From: Chiloscyllium plagiosum
Taxonomy: Eukaryota
Direction: 5' to 3'
DNA length: 64,000 nt
Assembly: GCF_004010195.1 (NCBI RefSeq)
Contig: NC_057716.1
Location: forward strand, 10,784,064 to 10,848,063
A program made the position numbers and the translations under genes. Below the pieces are notes generated by a model. That model was not told the origin of the DNA. It made no database searches and worked only from the letters and a program-made list of their open reading frames with translations. Below are positions 51,605 through 63,390 of the stretch, piece by piece (position 1 is the stretch's first letter; the number at the start of each line of letters is the position of its first letter).

Positions 51605-52631
51605 GCCTGGACGAAATTTCAAGCCCGGACGGAATTTCACATTGGCCCCAAGGTCCCGTACTTCCCGCGGGAGCCTGTATCCCACAACCTGAGCCGCCTC
51701 CGGAATTTTAATTTTGTCCCAATTAAGGACATAAAAAGGCAGGCCCTGAATTGACTGCAGCTGCACACCATCCACCTCTTTTCCCTCATCCACCGTCCGG
51801 ACATACCTTGGCGTGCCCATTTGCCACCGGGCGGTGGGGATCCCCAGTGGAGGGCTCTCTACGTGGGAGTCCTCCCCCTTTCTCTCGGGGATCTGGGGTG
51901 GAGGGTGCTGCACACAGCGGTCCCCTGCAACCGCAGATTGCGGTGGTTCACGGACTCCCAGCCCAACTGCTTGTTCTGTGGCGTTGTAGAGTCCATGGAC
52001 CATGTGTATATTGGGTGTGGGCGTTTGCACTCCCTTTTTGATTTTCTTAAAAAAACGTCCTCCTCTGCTTTTGGTTGCACTTCAGTCCCATGCTCCTGAT
52101 CTTTGGGCACCCGGTACAGAGGAGGGAGTGCAGGTCAGAAGACCTCCTCATGGGTCTGCTCCTGGGCCAGGCCAAACTGGCCATTAACAGGTCCAAGCAG
52201 CGGGCCGTGGAGGGTGTCGTTAGGGCCGACTGCCTGCCCCTCTTCCGCGGTTACGTTAGAACCCGGGTGTCCTTGGAGAAGGAGCACGCGGTGTCGACCA
52301 ACACCCTGGAGTTGTTCAGGGAGAGGTGGGCCCCGCAGGGAGTGGAGTGTATTATTTGCCCCTCCAACTCTATTTTGATTTAATCCCTGCCCTCCCCTTC
52401 ACTGTTTGATCACACAGCACTGCCCTTTGATGTGAAGGGCACGGCTTGTCACTGGTCACTCGGGTGTTTCCTTTCTTCCTGGTGGTGGAAAGTGAATAAA
52501 GATTTGTGCAACTTGTGTCTCTCACTGTGTCTCACACCTGCACACACACAACATGGGTGCTGAGGGAAAAAAAATAAGCACTATCGCAGTTAGGCGGTAG
52601 TGTGGGGGTTTAAAAAAAAACAACAAAAAAA
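51605..52631 (+). mobile_element. Tx1/L1-clade non-LTR retrotransposon, 5'-truncated 3' end
   Basis: GDLGWRVLHTAV...CLFCGVVESMDHVYIGC (CCHC zinc finger after RT)...AKLAINRS; A-rich tail; perfect 14-bp TSD CATACACATTAGAA at 51591-51604 / 52632-52645. Confidence 0.85.
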
Positions 52632-52700
52632 CATACACATTAGAATCCACATACTGTTGGGAGGTATCTTGATTCTTTTAGTAATGACTAAAAAAAAATC

Positions 52701-52921
52701 AAAGTTAAATATCACACAATACCAGGTTAGAGTCCAACAGGTTTATTTGGAAGCACTAGCTTTGGGAGCACAGCTCCTTCAGAGCAATACTCCACAACCA
52801 CCTGATGAAGGAGCGGTGCTCCGAAAGCTAGTGCTTCCAAATAAACCTGTTCAGCTATAATCTGGTGTTGTGTGATTTTTAACTTTGTACATCCCAGTCC
52901 AACACCGGCATCTCCAAATCA
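52701..52921. mobile_element. palindromic PLE family-2 element
   Basis: 52701-52780 is the inverted copy of 52806-52886; contains the hammerhead at 52799. Confidence 0.75.
52799..52833 (+). ncRNA. minimal hammerhead ribozyme motif
   Basis: CAC-CUGAUGA-A-GGAGC(GGU)GCUCC-GAAA-GCUA-GUG with palindromic AGCU. Confidence 0.7.
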
Positions 52922-53929
52922 AAAAACAACAGTGCAACATTGATCTGACCCTATTTGGAGAAATAAGTAGTGTTACAACAAGAGTCTGAAGCGATGGCAA
53001 ATATAATACGAGAAGAAATCGTACTAAATGCTAGTTAATGGTCCTCACATCAGTGAACTTAGTGTTTCTGTAGAAAAAAAGGGAGCTGATGGCCATCATT
53101 TGTTGGACTGAACCAGACACAAGCGGATTACAAGATTCAAGCAAAATGCTTCACGTGTTAAAGATCTGAAATTGAATTGCTCAAGAAACTCAGCAGGTCT
53201 GGCAACATATGTGGAGAGAGAAAACAGTTAATGTTTTGAGTGTGGTGTGGCCTCTTTGGAACAGATTGCGAAAACTTGGCTACAAAATAATCAGGTTTGG
53301 GTATTAAATATTGTAGGTTATACCATATTTGAAGAAAATAGAGAGGGAAAGTGAGGGAGTTGGAGGAGCTGTGATTATCAAAGATGACTTAATGGTCACA
53401 AAAAAAAACAGTTATTTACAAGATAAAAATTAGAATGGATATGAATCAAGATAAAAATAATAAAGCATCAATCGCATTTGGTGAAAGATAGGTGATTAAA
53501 ATAATATGCACACAACTTAGGGAAATGAATGAAATAAAATACAATAACAATGTTATAAGATTTCATATAATCTGATGTTAATTAGAGATAAAAGATAGGC
53601 ACAATAGTAAAGGGATAACAGATCAGGGAATAGAGTTCCTCCAATGTGTTCATAACTCCTTTTTCTACAAATATAAAGAAAAACCCAGCAATGGAAGATT
53701 CATTAATGGATTAAAGAATGGGCAATGAACTAGAACAGACAGGAGAAGTACATGATATTTCTCAATAAAATACACATTCAAATGATAACAGAGAATGTCT
53801 TAAGATGAAAACCAAGTCAACAGGTTGGAATAAAAGTGATTTTAAGAGGCTAAGTTAAGTTAATAATGTATCCAACATCTTATTTGCATAATTAGTGAGA
53901 AGAAAAACAGAAAATATTGTGAGAAAACT

Positions 53930-54305
53930 TAATTGATCTTGAGAAGGTGCTGGTAAACTGCTTCTTGAATAGCTGGAAATCATCTAGATATACTGCCAGA
54001 AACATTTTTATTCAGAGACAGAGGGGAACAGCAATATAGTTTCAAGTCAAGATATTATGTGTTTGTGAGATGAATTTACAGATGATGAGGTTCCCATCTA
54101 TCTTTTTAGATGGCAGTAGTCTTGAGTATGAAAGGTGCTGATGTTGGAAGATTGGTGAAATACCACAGTGCATATGGGACACACAGCTGCCATGGTGCTT
54201 TAGAGAGAATGGACATTTAGGTGTTTCTGTGGTGCCAAGCAAGCAGACTGCTTTGTCCTGAATAATGTCAAGCTGCTATGCATGGTTGTAGTCATACTCA
54301 TTCGG
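53930..54305 (-). mobile_element. old CR1/L2-group LINE 3' end, uninterrupted copy
   Basis: Colinear by eye with the joined pieces of the 7830, 21500 and 25722 copies. Confidence 0.5.
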
Positions 54306-55902
54306 TAATTATTTTGCAGTATCAGCAGCCCCACAGGCAGAAATTCCCTTTACATTGTAATCACTGCCAAAATAATTTTGATGGACTATATGCCAAGCTT
54401 CTGTTAGGTTATTAACTTTCTAAATCCTCTGCCACCATTGAAACCTCAGATTAATGTGAAGAGTGTTTAATTCCATGCACAGTATCACCCACCTATTAGA
54501 TAGCACTGCCATTCACTAGTACAGCCAGATCCTTTACAATTACAGTTCCGGTGCTTATTAAACTTTCCTGATTTCCAGACATTGTACCTGACCCACTTGC
54601 TTTTGATTGTTTGCAATGTCCATCTTGATTTAAGTAGAAATTTTTCATAGTTTTGTTTCCATTCTGATTTTTAAATTAATAATATGCAATATGAATGTTA
54701 AAGGGAACAGCTCTGAAACCAGGGTTTTCCTCAACCACTTTTTATTATTGAAGCTATTATATTTTCACGACTCCCTCTCTCTCGCTCTCTCTGTCTCTCT
54801 CACAAGCATTATTTCTACCTCAGTTCATTCAGTTGTTTGTAAATCAGCATTACTTGGTGGTCACCAAAAGCAAGCAGCTTATCAAAGTCTACATAAACAA
54901 TAACATCATAAGTTTCAATATATCCCTAAAGACCTCCAATAAGGATGTGTTTATTTTATGATTGCATCTTCTTTTGTGTCAATTAATGTCTTTGATTAAG
55001 GTAGTCTTTTTACAGTTCCTCCAAAACAAATGTCTGATGTATGAGCCTATAATTTATAGCACTTTCCACTAATCTTTTTAAACTTGATGGTAATTTTAAT
55101 TTTTCTCCATAATTTTGGTACAAATCCTGATTCTAAAGAATTCCTACAAAAGATGACTGACTTTCTTGCAATTTGGCTGAAGACCCTTGGGTCTTACCCT
55201 GTTCCTGTTCCTTGAACAGTTTATTCAGTTCTCTTTCAGTAGCAATCTATAATCTATGCTTTGATTGAACAGTGATAAATGGAAGTGAAAGTAAACAGTG
55301 TAACTGCTGCTTTTCAGTTTATATCTGTGCTTTACTTAATATTGCACATACACTGATCAGAAGAGACTCAAAATGAAATAGTTGTTTCTTGTCTTCAGCA
55401 GATAAAATATCAAAATCCTTCAGTAGTAAAATGTGTCAGAGGTGTGATTACCATGCACATGATCTCACTGAGAATGTGAGATTCGGCAAGTCTTATGATC
55501 ATCAACTCATATTTTAGCGTATCAGCAACCTTTGAACTATGGCTATATCAGAAATAGTGATATACAACAACAAGTGAAAGAACAATTTGTAGAATTTAAA
55601 AGAGTGCTCAGGGATAGAATCGACTTTGTGGAACTGAAAAGAAATTAATGAAGGAAGATTCCACAGCTAAATATTTTAATTTTAAAATGCATTATTAAGT
55701 GTACACATTATGTGGTCAATTGCTCACATCCTGTTGTGTAAAAATATGTATGAATCAATGGTATGACATTGTTCCTGAAAACATGTGAAGATATGTAAAT
55801 GATGGGCAGGAAAATACCACCTTGGGTCCTCAAACCTGTCCTACAGTTATAATGGATGAAGTATCATGAGGGGACAGTTCCTCCCTCCTCAAAGACACAT
55901 CT

Positions 55903-56432
55903 GGTTATTCTGGCTATTGAGGGAGTGCAGCGTAGGTTCACGAGGTCAATTCCTAGAATGGCGGGACTACCTTATGCTGAATGACTAGAACGACTGGGCT
56001 TGTATACCCTTGAGTTTAGAAGACTGAGAGGGGATCTGATTGAGATATATAAGAGTATTAAAGGATTGGACACCCTGGAGGCAGGAAACATGTTTCTGCT
56101 GATGGGTGAGTGCCGAACCAGAGGATACAGCCTAAAAATACAGGGTAGACCATTTAGGACAGAGATGAGGAGAAACTTCTTCACCCAGAGAGTGGTGATG
56201 TGTGTGGAATGCTCTGCCCCAGATGGCAGTGGAGGCCCAGTCTCTGGATTCATTTAAGAAAGAGTTGGATAGAGCTCTCAAGGATAATGGAATCAAGGGT
56301 TATGGAGATAAGACAGGAACAGGATACTGATTAAGGATGATCAGCCATGATCATATTGAATGGTGGTGCAGGCTCGAAGGGCAGAATGACCTACTCCTGC
56401 ACCTATTGTCTATTGTCTATTGTCATATTGTC
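55903..56432 (+). mobile_element. CR1 LINE 3' fragment (family of 5621-7281)
   Basis: [15 protein letters not shown] motif and (CTATTGT)n tail. Confidence 0.85.
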
Positions 56433-56589
56433 TATCACCTCCTCCTCTCTCCAACAATCCACTGGAACACCACCATTTATCGTCCACTGTCATTAGAAAC
56501 TCATGGATTCAAACCTTCTCATATCCTTTTAACTTTTCTTTCAGCTTTGAAGTCTTCTTTCCGAAGAAATGTCAGAATCATAATCAAAA

Positions 56590-57070
56590 AGTGTGGCACT
56601 GGAAAAACACAGCAGGTCAGGCAACATCCAAGACCAGGAGAGTCGAGAGCCAACGTTTTGAGCAAATGCTCTTCATCAAGAATGTTGCAAGGTGGGGGGC
56701 TCAAGTAGGCTGAGAGATAAATGGGAGGGATGCGTGACTGGGGAGAAGGTAGCTAGGAATGTGATAATAGGTGTGATGAAGGTGGGGGGTGATGGTGATA
56801 GGTCGGAGTGGAGGGTGAAACAGATAGGTGGGAAGGAAGATGGACAGGTAGGACAGTTCAACAGGGCGGTGCCAAGTTGGAGGGTTGGATCCAGGATGAG
56901 GTGGGGGAAGGGGAGGTGAGGAAACTGGTCAAGCCAAAATTGATTTAGTGTGGTTGGATGGTCCCTAGTGGAAGATGAGGTGTTTTTTTTCCAGGCGCTA
57001 GGTGGCTAGGATTTGGCAGTGGAAGAGGCCCAGGCCTTGTATGACCATTGTGGAGTGGGAGGGGGGAGTT
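56590..57070 (-). mobile_element. Penelope-like 3' fragment
   Basis: Homologous to 15635-15930 and to the reverse complement of 16300-16828. Confidence 0.7.
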
Positions 57071-59229
57071 ATAGTGATGTCAGAATCAGAATCAAAGCTG
57101 ACCTCCATCAAATGCTCTGAGAAAAGGTTATAATCCTGTTAAATTAACTCAATATACGTTCTATGGAGTTGTGGGAGAAAGTGAAGTTACACTAAATGAT
57201 GCATAAACATTCTAGTTTAGATGTTTTGATTATTCTTCCAGATTTCCCTTAGCTAACTAAAATGATATAAAAATCTTTTACAATGATTCATAAAATTACA
57301 AGTTGATTTCAACACAGAAGGAAGCCATTTGATTGCCATGTTTGTACAAGAGTGAGAGGCACCATTTTTATCCCAAACTTCCAACCAAGGGCTCTGAGAC
57401 AGTGAGTGGAAACTTCTCAGGCACTTACCACTTTGGTAAGAAAGTTACGATAATTGTGGGAGTTTGTCAGTGAGGTGGTTGTCAACATCCAGATTAAAGT
57501 GTCCCATTTTCCAACAATTATGGAGCACCAAGAAGAAAGTCTCATTACTGAGCAGCAAGAGGCCTAATTGCACACATTATCATGCACTAACATCTCACTA
57601 TTATTTCAGCTCGCCTCACTTATAAGCACATTCCCATTCTTCCACCTACAATGCCTGATATAAAATCAGAACAGTAACCTGACAAGTTGAACTCTGGCCC
57701 TCCATCTTTGGAGATGAGTCCCCAACCTCTCGGGGTCTACTCCATGAGCAATAATGGCATGCACCAAGCATCCACAGGTATTGGCACCAGACACTTAACA
57801 GCTGCACTACAACCACAGGAAACATTTTCAGTCCATGTACAATATGATGCTGCACTTCAATGCTGCAATTTGGAGCACCTCAGTACCTTTCATTGTAATG
57901 CTGCTGTCAGCATACTGGGACAGGAACACATATCATGGATTTGACCAAGGTGCATCTCAGGGCTCTTTGCTCATTCTCTTAGCCCTCATTACCTTTGCGC
58001 TGCCATGGACGCACTGTGCATTTCTGCCTTGTGTTTTTATGCTTTTCCCTCTCAGCCACATGTTAAAGGCTCACAACACTTATGCCCTCTTAGTGCACAC
58101 AAGACCAGGCAGGCGTCATAACTTTCAGCAGTGAAGAGGTTGGACATGTTGACATACATCACCAGACTACATCAGTCTCACATCTGTATCATGTGCCAGG
58201 AGTATATGCAGCAAGACCAATATATGTGCCTTAACCAAATGGCCATGTCGCAAAGTCGAAGTGGAATAGTCTTCCATCAAATCACGGAGATGCCCTTCAG
58301 CGATAGATTTCCAATGCAATCAGTCAGGGGTGGCCTCCAACATCAGTCTAGGGGCATGGTCATGGTCACTTTGCCACTTGGGGCTGGCAGAGGTCAGGTT
58401 CCTATCATCAAAAGGGGGCAAGGAGCTCAATGTTGGTCTCTTCACCACCCATCTTGACTTTCTTTCTGCCTGATTATGAGCCATTTCTCTTGGAATAAGA
58501 AAAGGAGAGGGTAAAGATGAAGACTTTTGGAAATCTGTCAGTTTTGCCAAAAGAGCCGAGGCGATCTGTAATTAATGTAACCACAGAACTAATGAGGAAC
58601 AATAAGCCATCCCTCTCTCAAATCCTGTTCTACTCAGAAACCTTCTCTCTCTCAATGCCTGAACTTTCTAGAAACTTTCTCTCTCAAAGCCTGTTCTACT
58701 ATTGAGGCTAACTACACAAATAACTTCAAATATTCAGCTACAGAAACTATTGCAACTGATAATTTTGACTTCAAATATCTAACCTCTTCCCCTCTCACAA
58801 AGAGAATCTGCAGCAAGTAATGAACAAATCTGAATTTCAACTTGATAAATATGTTTTATTTGTAATGAGTTTTAATCTTTGCATTTACATTTTACTTAAT
58901 AACTGTAATATATTTTACTTATTAGCAATGGTTGGATAAGAAACTGACTTTCATTCTCACTTCAAACTAAAGCTCTGCTGCTCTTTATCTTTTGCGTTGG
59001 AACATTAAAAAAAATAAAAGAAGCTAACGAGCAATACAAATTGGCAGTTAGTGGAGCATGTTTTTGTGCTGTGATTGTGTCTGGCACCATTGCACCCCAG
59101 GAAATCTATCCCAGATCCCAAACCCACCTCAGATACCAATGTTCTACTTCCTGTCACCTCTGGTGTGCTGCTAATCACCTCAGATCAGTTACCTGTATTT
59201 CTTGATACTTCTAGGAGAAAGTAGGACCC

Positions 59230-60022
59230 GATCTTTGGGTGACCATCCCCCAAAGTGGACTTCAGGACAGGCAATATGCAAAGTGGCCAAGCAGAGGCTG
59301 ATGGCCAAGTTTGATACCCATGGGGATGACCTCAATCGTGACCTTGGGTTCATGTCACATTAGAGCTGATCCCACTGCACTATACACTCTCTCTCGCTCA
59401 CACACACAAGCGCACACACATTCTTACTTACTCACATACTCATGCTGATCCTTTCTCATACACAAGCTGTCTCTCATACCCACACACATACATACCCCAT
59501 ACTCACACCCACACACGCACCCTCTCACAGGCTTACCCCATCACACTTACACACATACTTTACAAAGCTTACACGTATGCAAACACATTCTCTCACGTGC
59601 ACTCACACCCACACGCACACACTCACATGCATACTATCACCCACCAGTCTGACTCAAGATTGGGGAGGGACAAACTTTAACTGTGCACCTTTAATACATT
59701 GTCTGAGCTGAGATGGCACCTTTTGTTAGAAAAGCTGACATTATTTTGAGAATGTGACTTAAAAGAAGTTCTTGAATTTGCATACTAAAGAGCCGAAATG
59801 AGCAATACCATTATAAAAGATGAAAGACTTAATCTAGGTTCATCATTTCAGCTGCATGACACTGTAATCTTTTGCTATACATTCTGTGTCTTATGATCCT
59901 GTTTCACAGCTACCTGATGAAGGAGCAGCGCTCTGAAAGCTAGTGCTTCCAAATAAACCTGTTGGACTATAACAAATTTTTAATTTTGTCCACCCAATCC
60001 AAAACCGGCTCCTCCAAATCAT
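59230..60022 (+). mobile_element. PLE family-2 3' end with a CA-rich 3' UTR
   Basis: KQRLMAKFDTHGDDLNRDLGFMSH-like C-terminus, degenerate (CA)n at 59385-59640 and the hammerhead at 59911. Confidence 0.65.
59911..59945 (+). ncRNA. minimal hammerhead ribozyme motif
   Basis: UAC-CUGAUGA-A-GGAGC(AGC)GCUCU-GAAA-GCUA-GUG; same family as 52799. Confidence 0.65.
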
Positions 60023-61365
60023 AGCCTCAACAAGACTTTGAAAATGTTTATCACATTTTCTCTGAGTTGTCTTTACTTTAAGAAAAACAATTCTAGCTTC
60101 CCCATCTATCCATGCAACTAAAATCCCACGCTTAAAACTATTCTCCTGAATCATTTCTGCAACGTCACTAAAATTAAAAATGCTTCCTCAAGCATTTTAC
60201 CCAGTATAAAAAGTAATACTCCAGGTTAGACTAAACAATGCATACACTATCAACCTTTTTATAAACCTTCTGATGAATCTGCCTTTCTGGTCACTTTTTC
60301 AATCACTACTGACCCTTTCAATAATTATTGCTCATATATTTCCAGCTCTAGTAATTCCTGTACTTCCTTTAGAATTGTACATTTTTTCTTTTTTAAATTG
60401 ACTCCAATCATTTGTCCCCACCAAAGTCAATCAATTCACCCTTCTCAGGATTGAATATCCACCCATCTCACCTACCTACCCAGATCTTCTTAAAGTCTGT
60501 AACCACTCTCCTCACAATGTAAAATACTTCTGAGTTTGTATGATCTGCAAAGGGTGAAATTATACTGTGCAAACCCAAATCTAGTACATTATTATATGTA
60601 AAGAGAAGTTGTCAAAAACATCTGAATGTCCTTAGTGCATAGTTACAGGCAGTCTGAAAAAATCCTGTGCACTACGACCTTCTGTTTCCTTTAACTTTGT
60701 CAACTTCATATTGATTTTGTCACTTTCTCTTCTTTTTTTCTGTGAATTTTAGTTTTGCTGCATGTCTAATAAGTGTTATTCATCAATCTCTATTTGGTAC
60801 TTCACATAGACCATATCATTCACATTCCACTCATCAATCGTCTGTGTACTTTAACCAATAAAGTTCAATCAAGACAGATAAACATCTGTCACCTTTAACC
60901 TACTAATGCTGCCTTTTTTTTCTATTTATGTATAAGTGCCAAGCAACTGGAAATTGTACTTCAAATAAGCTAAATGTTTTGCTGCCACTAAGGTTAAACA
61001 GATTATCCTTTAGATGCTGGATTTGCACTTAACCCCATTTTTTGTCAAAAGATGCACCATTTGCAACTCTTCAGTTCTTTGTCACTGTTTCTGGATCTAA
61101 GGAGGATTGGGTACCATAGGCAGTACCATCACAAAATCTACCTTTAATTCCCTTGGCATCCTCATTACGATTGTGAGATTCATTCTCATTTTCACTAAGT
61201 CTATATATTAAATTAACAATGACATGGGCAACATTCATTGCTAAATCTGCATATATTTGTTAACTGAGAGAAGAGATGTAAATTAAACAAGAATTCCACG
61301 AGAGTTGTATTGATCTCCACAGAAATGCTTAAATGAATGAGAATAATACTGTGAAGTTCAGAATG

Positions 61366-61371
61366 TTTATT
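61366..61371 (-). terminator. polyadenylation signal of copy 5
   Basis: AATAAA about 49 nt after the stop codon. Confidence 0.7.
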
Positions 61372-61419
61372 ATTTTTAAGAATATTCAGCAAAATAAAAT
61401 CATATTTATCAAGAGCAAT

Positions 61420-63252
61420 CTAGAAATCCCTCATGCGCCTGAAAGATCCGATAGTTGAGCTGTAGCCTCCCCAGTCACTGTATCTCCTGTATTCACCGGG
61501 CCTCATGAAGTACTGTCGCCCTCTGTAGTTGGGATGTTCATAGAAGGTCCAGTAACCGTCCATCACATGGCAGGAGTGGATGTCACGGTAACGGAAACGA
61601 TCGTAGACAGATGGACAGTCATCCATGAATTCCATCATCTGTCCTCCAAAGTCAGGCCTCTCATAAATCCTCATTCTGTAAGAGCCTCCTCGGTACTGGA
61701 ATAGAGAGAAATGAAACATCGTGAAGCAGCTATAATTGTATCTATGAAAAAAAATTGTAAAGTAGTTGCGTTATGCTTGTAAAATTGGCTGCCATTTTGA
61801 TGAAAATTCTCCACCCAAAGCATTAAGCAGTCTTTTTTGCTTCTAAATATGGGAAGGACTATCGTATATGTTCAACACTTTTTTGGTTTTCATGGATGTT
61901 CAGCAGTATGGTATCAGTTTTCGTCCTCAAATGTAAGAGCCGCAGCATTTTGAATTGAAATTCTACTCAAGACAACTGTGAGAAGTGGAAACCAGCATGT
62001 GGTATCTGAATATTGATTTGATATTCCGCTGATTATTCACATTTAATGGGAAGACAGTGAAAGGACTCAACCCTTTGAATCTCTTCAAACATTTCATGAG
62101 ATCTTGGCTGATCTGTCACCTAAATCCCCGTGTGGTGTGTAGTGAGTTACTCTTGGCTGCACTACTTAGGAGTGAAGTAAAAGAAAGTCTGGGGCCCTTG
62201 TCCATGCAGTATTTTGTGGCAAGTTGCTCAAAATGTCATGTTATCTCTATCAATCAAACGTTTGAAGACTGGAATCATTCAAGTCAGATTTCAAACAGGT
62301 TTCCAAATCTTGATTAATTTAAATATTCAGGCAAACTATTTCTTTATTTTAAGGATCATTTTACTCGGGGCTTGCTCAGAGATTGTGGTGCTGGAAAAGC
62401 AGAGCAGACCACGCATAATCCAAGGAGCAGGAGAAGGGCTTATGCCCGAAAGTTCAATTCTCCTGCTCCTTGGATGCTGCCTGACCTGCTGTGCTTTTCC
62501 AGCACCACACTCTCGGCTCTGATCTCCAGCATCTGCAGTCCTTACTTTCTCCTTGCTCAGAGATTGTTTTGACTGGTCCCTGTGTTTTCTATGGAGGATG
62601 AATGGAAATCTGCCCATTCCCCGATCAGTGTATCCAGCAGTTCCATTGATTTCTCGCAAAAGTTACAGCAATAAATCAGGTCAGTCCTGAGGAATTGTTA
62701 TTGTGAATGATATGGCATTGACAAACAATTAAAACTTACAACTTTCGAATTTGGATGAATGATGAAGAATTTGATGAAGGGAAAGTGGGAATGCAAAACA
62801 ATTGGAATAGCTTTGATTCAATCCATAAAGGAAAAAGAAACCAACAATTACAAGCATAAATTGATTGACCTGTTCATTTTGTCTGTAAAGACAATGACTT
62901 TATGACTCACATGTGGGTAGGAGCGACATGACCTGACACAGTCATTGAATCCCATCCAGCGCTGGTAGTCAGGATACTCTCCCCTGGTCAGAACATACTG
63001 GTATCCCATGTAATTGGGTTTCTCATACAGCACCCACCAGTCACTCTCAACACGGATGGAGTTACAGTGGTTGAAGTAAGGGGACAGGTCGGCACAGTCA
63101 CTGCTACACTCATAGTGCTGCCCCTGGAAGTTCCTGTCCTCGTAAAAGATGATCTGTGGAAAGAGATAGATTTGTGTTATAATCTTGTCAAGCTAGGAGG
63201 TATATAATGAACAATTCCAAACAAATTCTTAAATCTCTCTTGCCTTTCCCAT
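61420..63252 (-). CDS. cryg: gamma-crystallin copy 5, 3 exons, 175 aa, intact, GC-AG intron 1
   Basis: Exon 1 63244-63252 (ATG GGA AAG|gcaaga), exon 2 62911-63153 ([32 protein letters not shown]...SYPH|gtgagt), exon 3 61420-61695 ([11 protein letters not shown]...RRMRDF TAG). Confidence 0.92.
62387..62551. mobile_element. palindromic PLE-derived element in intron 2 of copy 5
   Basis: Perfect 16-bp TSD CTTGCTCAGAGATTGT at 62371-62386 / 62552-62567, with inverted arms. Confidence 0.85.
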
Positions 63253-63309
63253 TTTGAGCTCTGTTTGCTGAGTAACTGAGCGAATGTGTCACTGCTACAC
63301 ACAGCTTAG

Positions 63310-63390
63310 TATTTATAGGCTGGACAAAAATATCCCCTAGGCAAGACTTGTTATTTTAATGATTACAACAGAACAAAAGCCACAAAACTC
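63310..63390 (-). promoter_or_regulatory. class B-type promoter of copy 5
   Basis: TATAAATA at 63310-63317. The upstream 600 bp aligns by eye with 50903-51560. The Sox-like CTTTTGTT is kept but the TGCTGA half site is altered. Confidence 0.55.

Noticed and set aside
57400-58460. Cluster of short ORFs, possible transposase relic
   Set aside because: No motif that I can identify with confidence.
59385-59711. His/Thr-rich ORF 59442-59711
   Set aside because: Translation of a degenerate (CA)n tract in a PLE 3' UTR.
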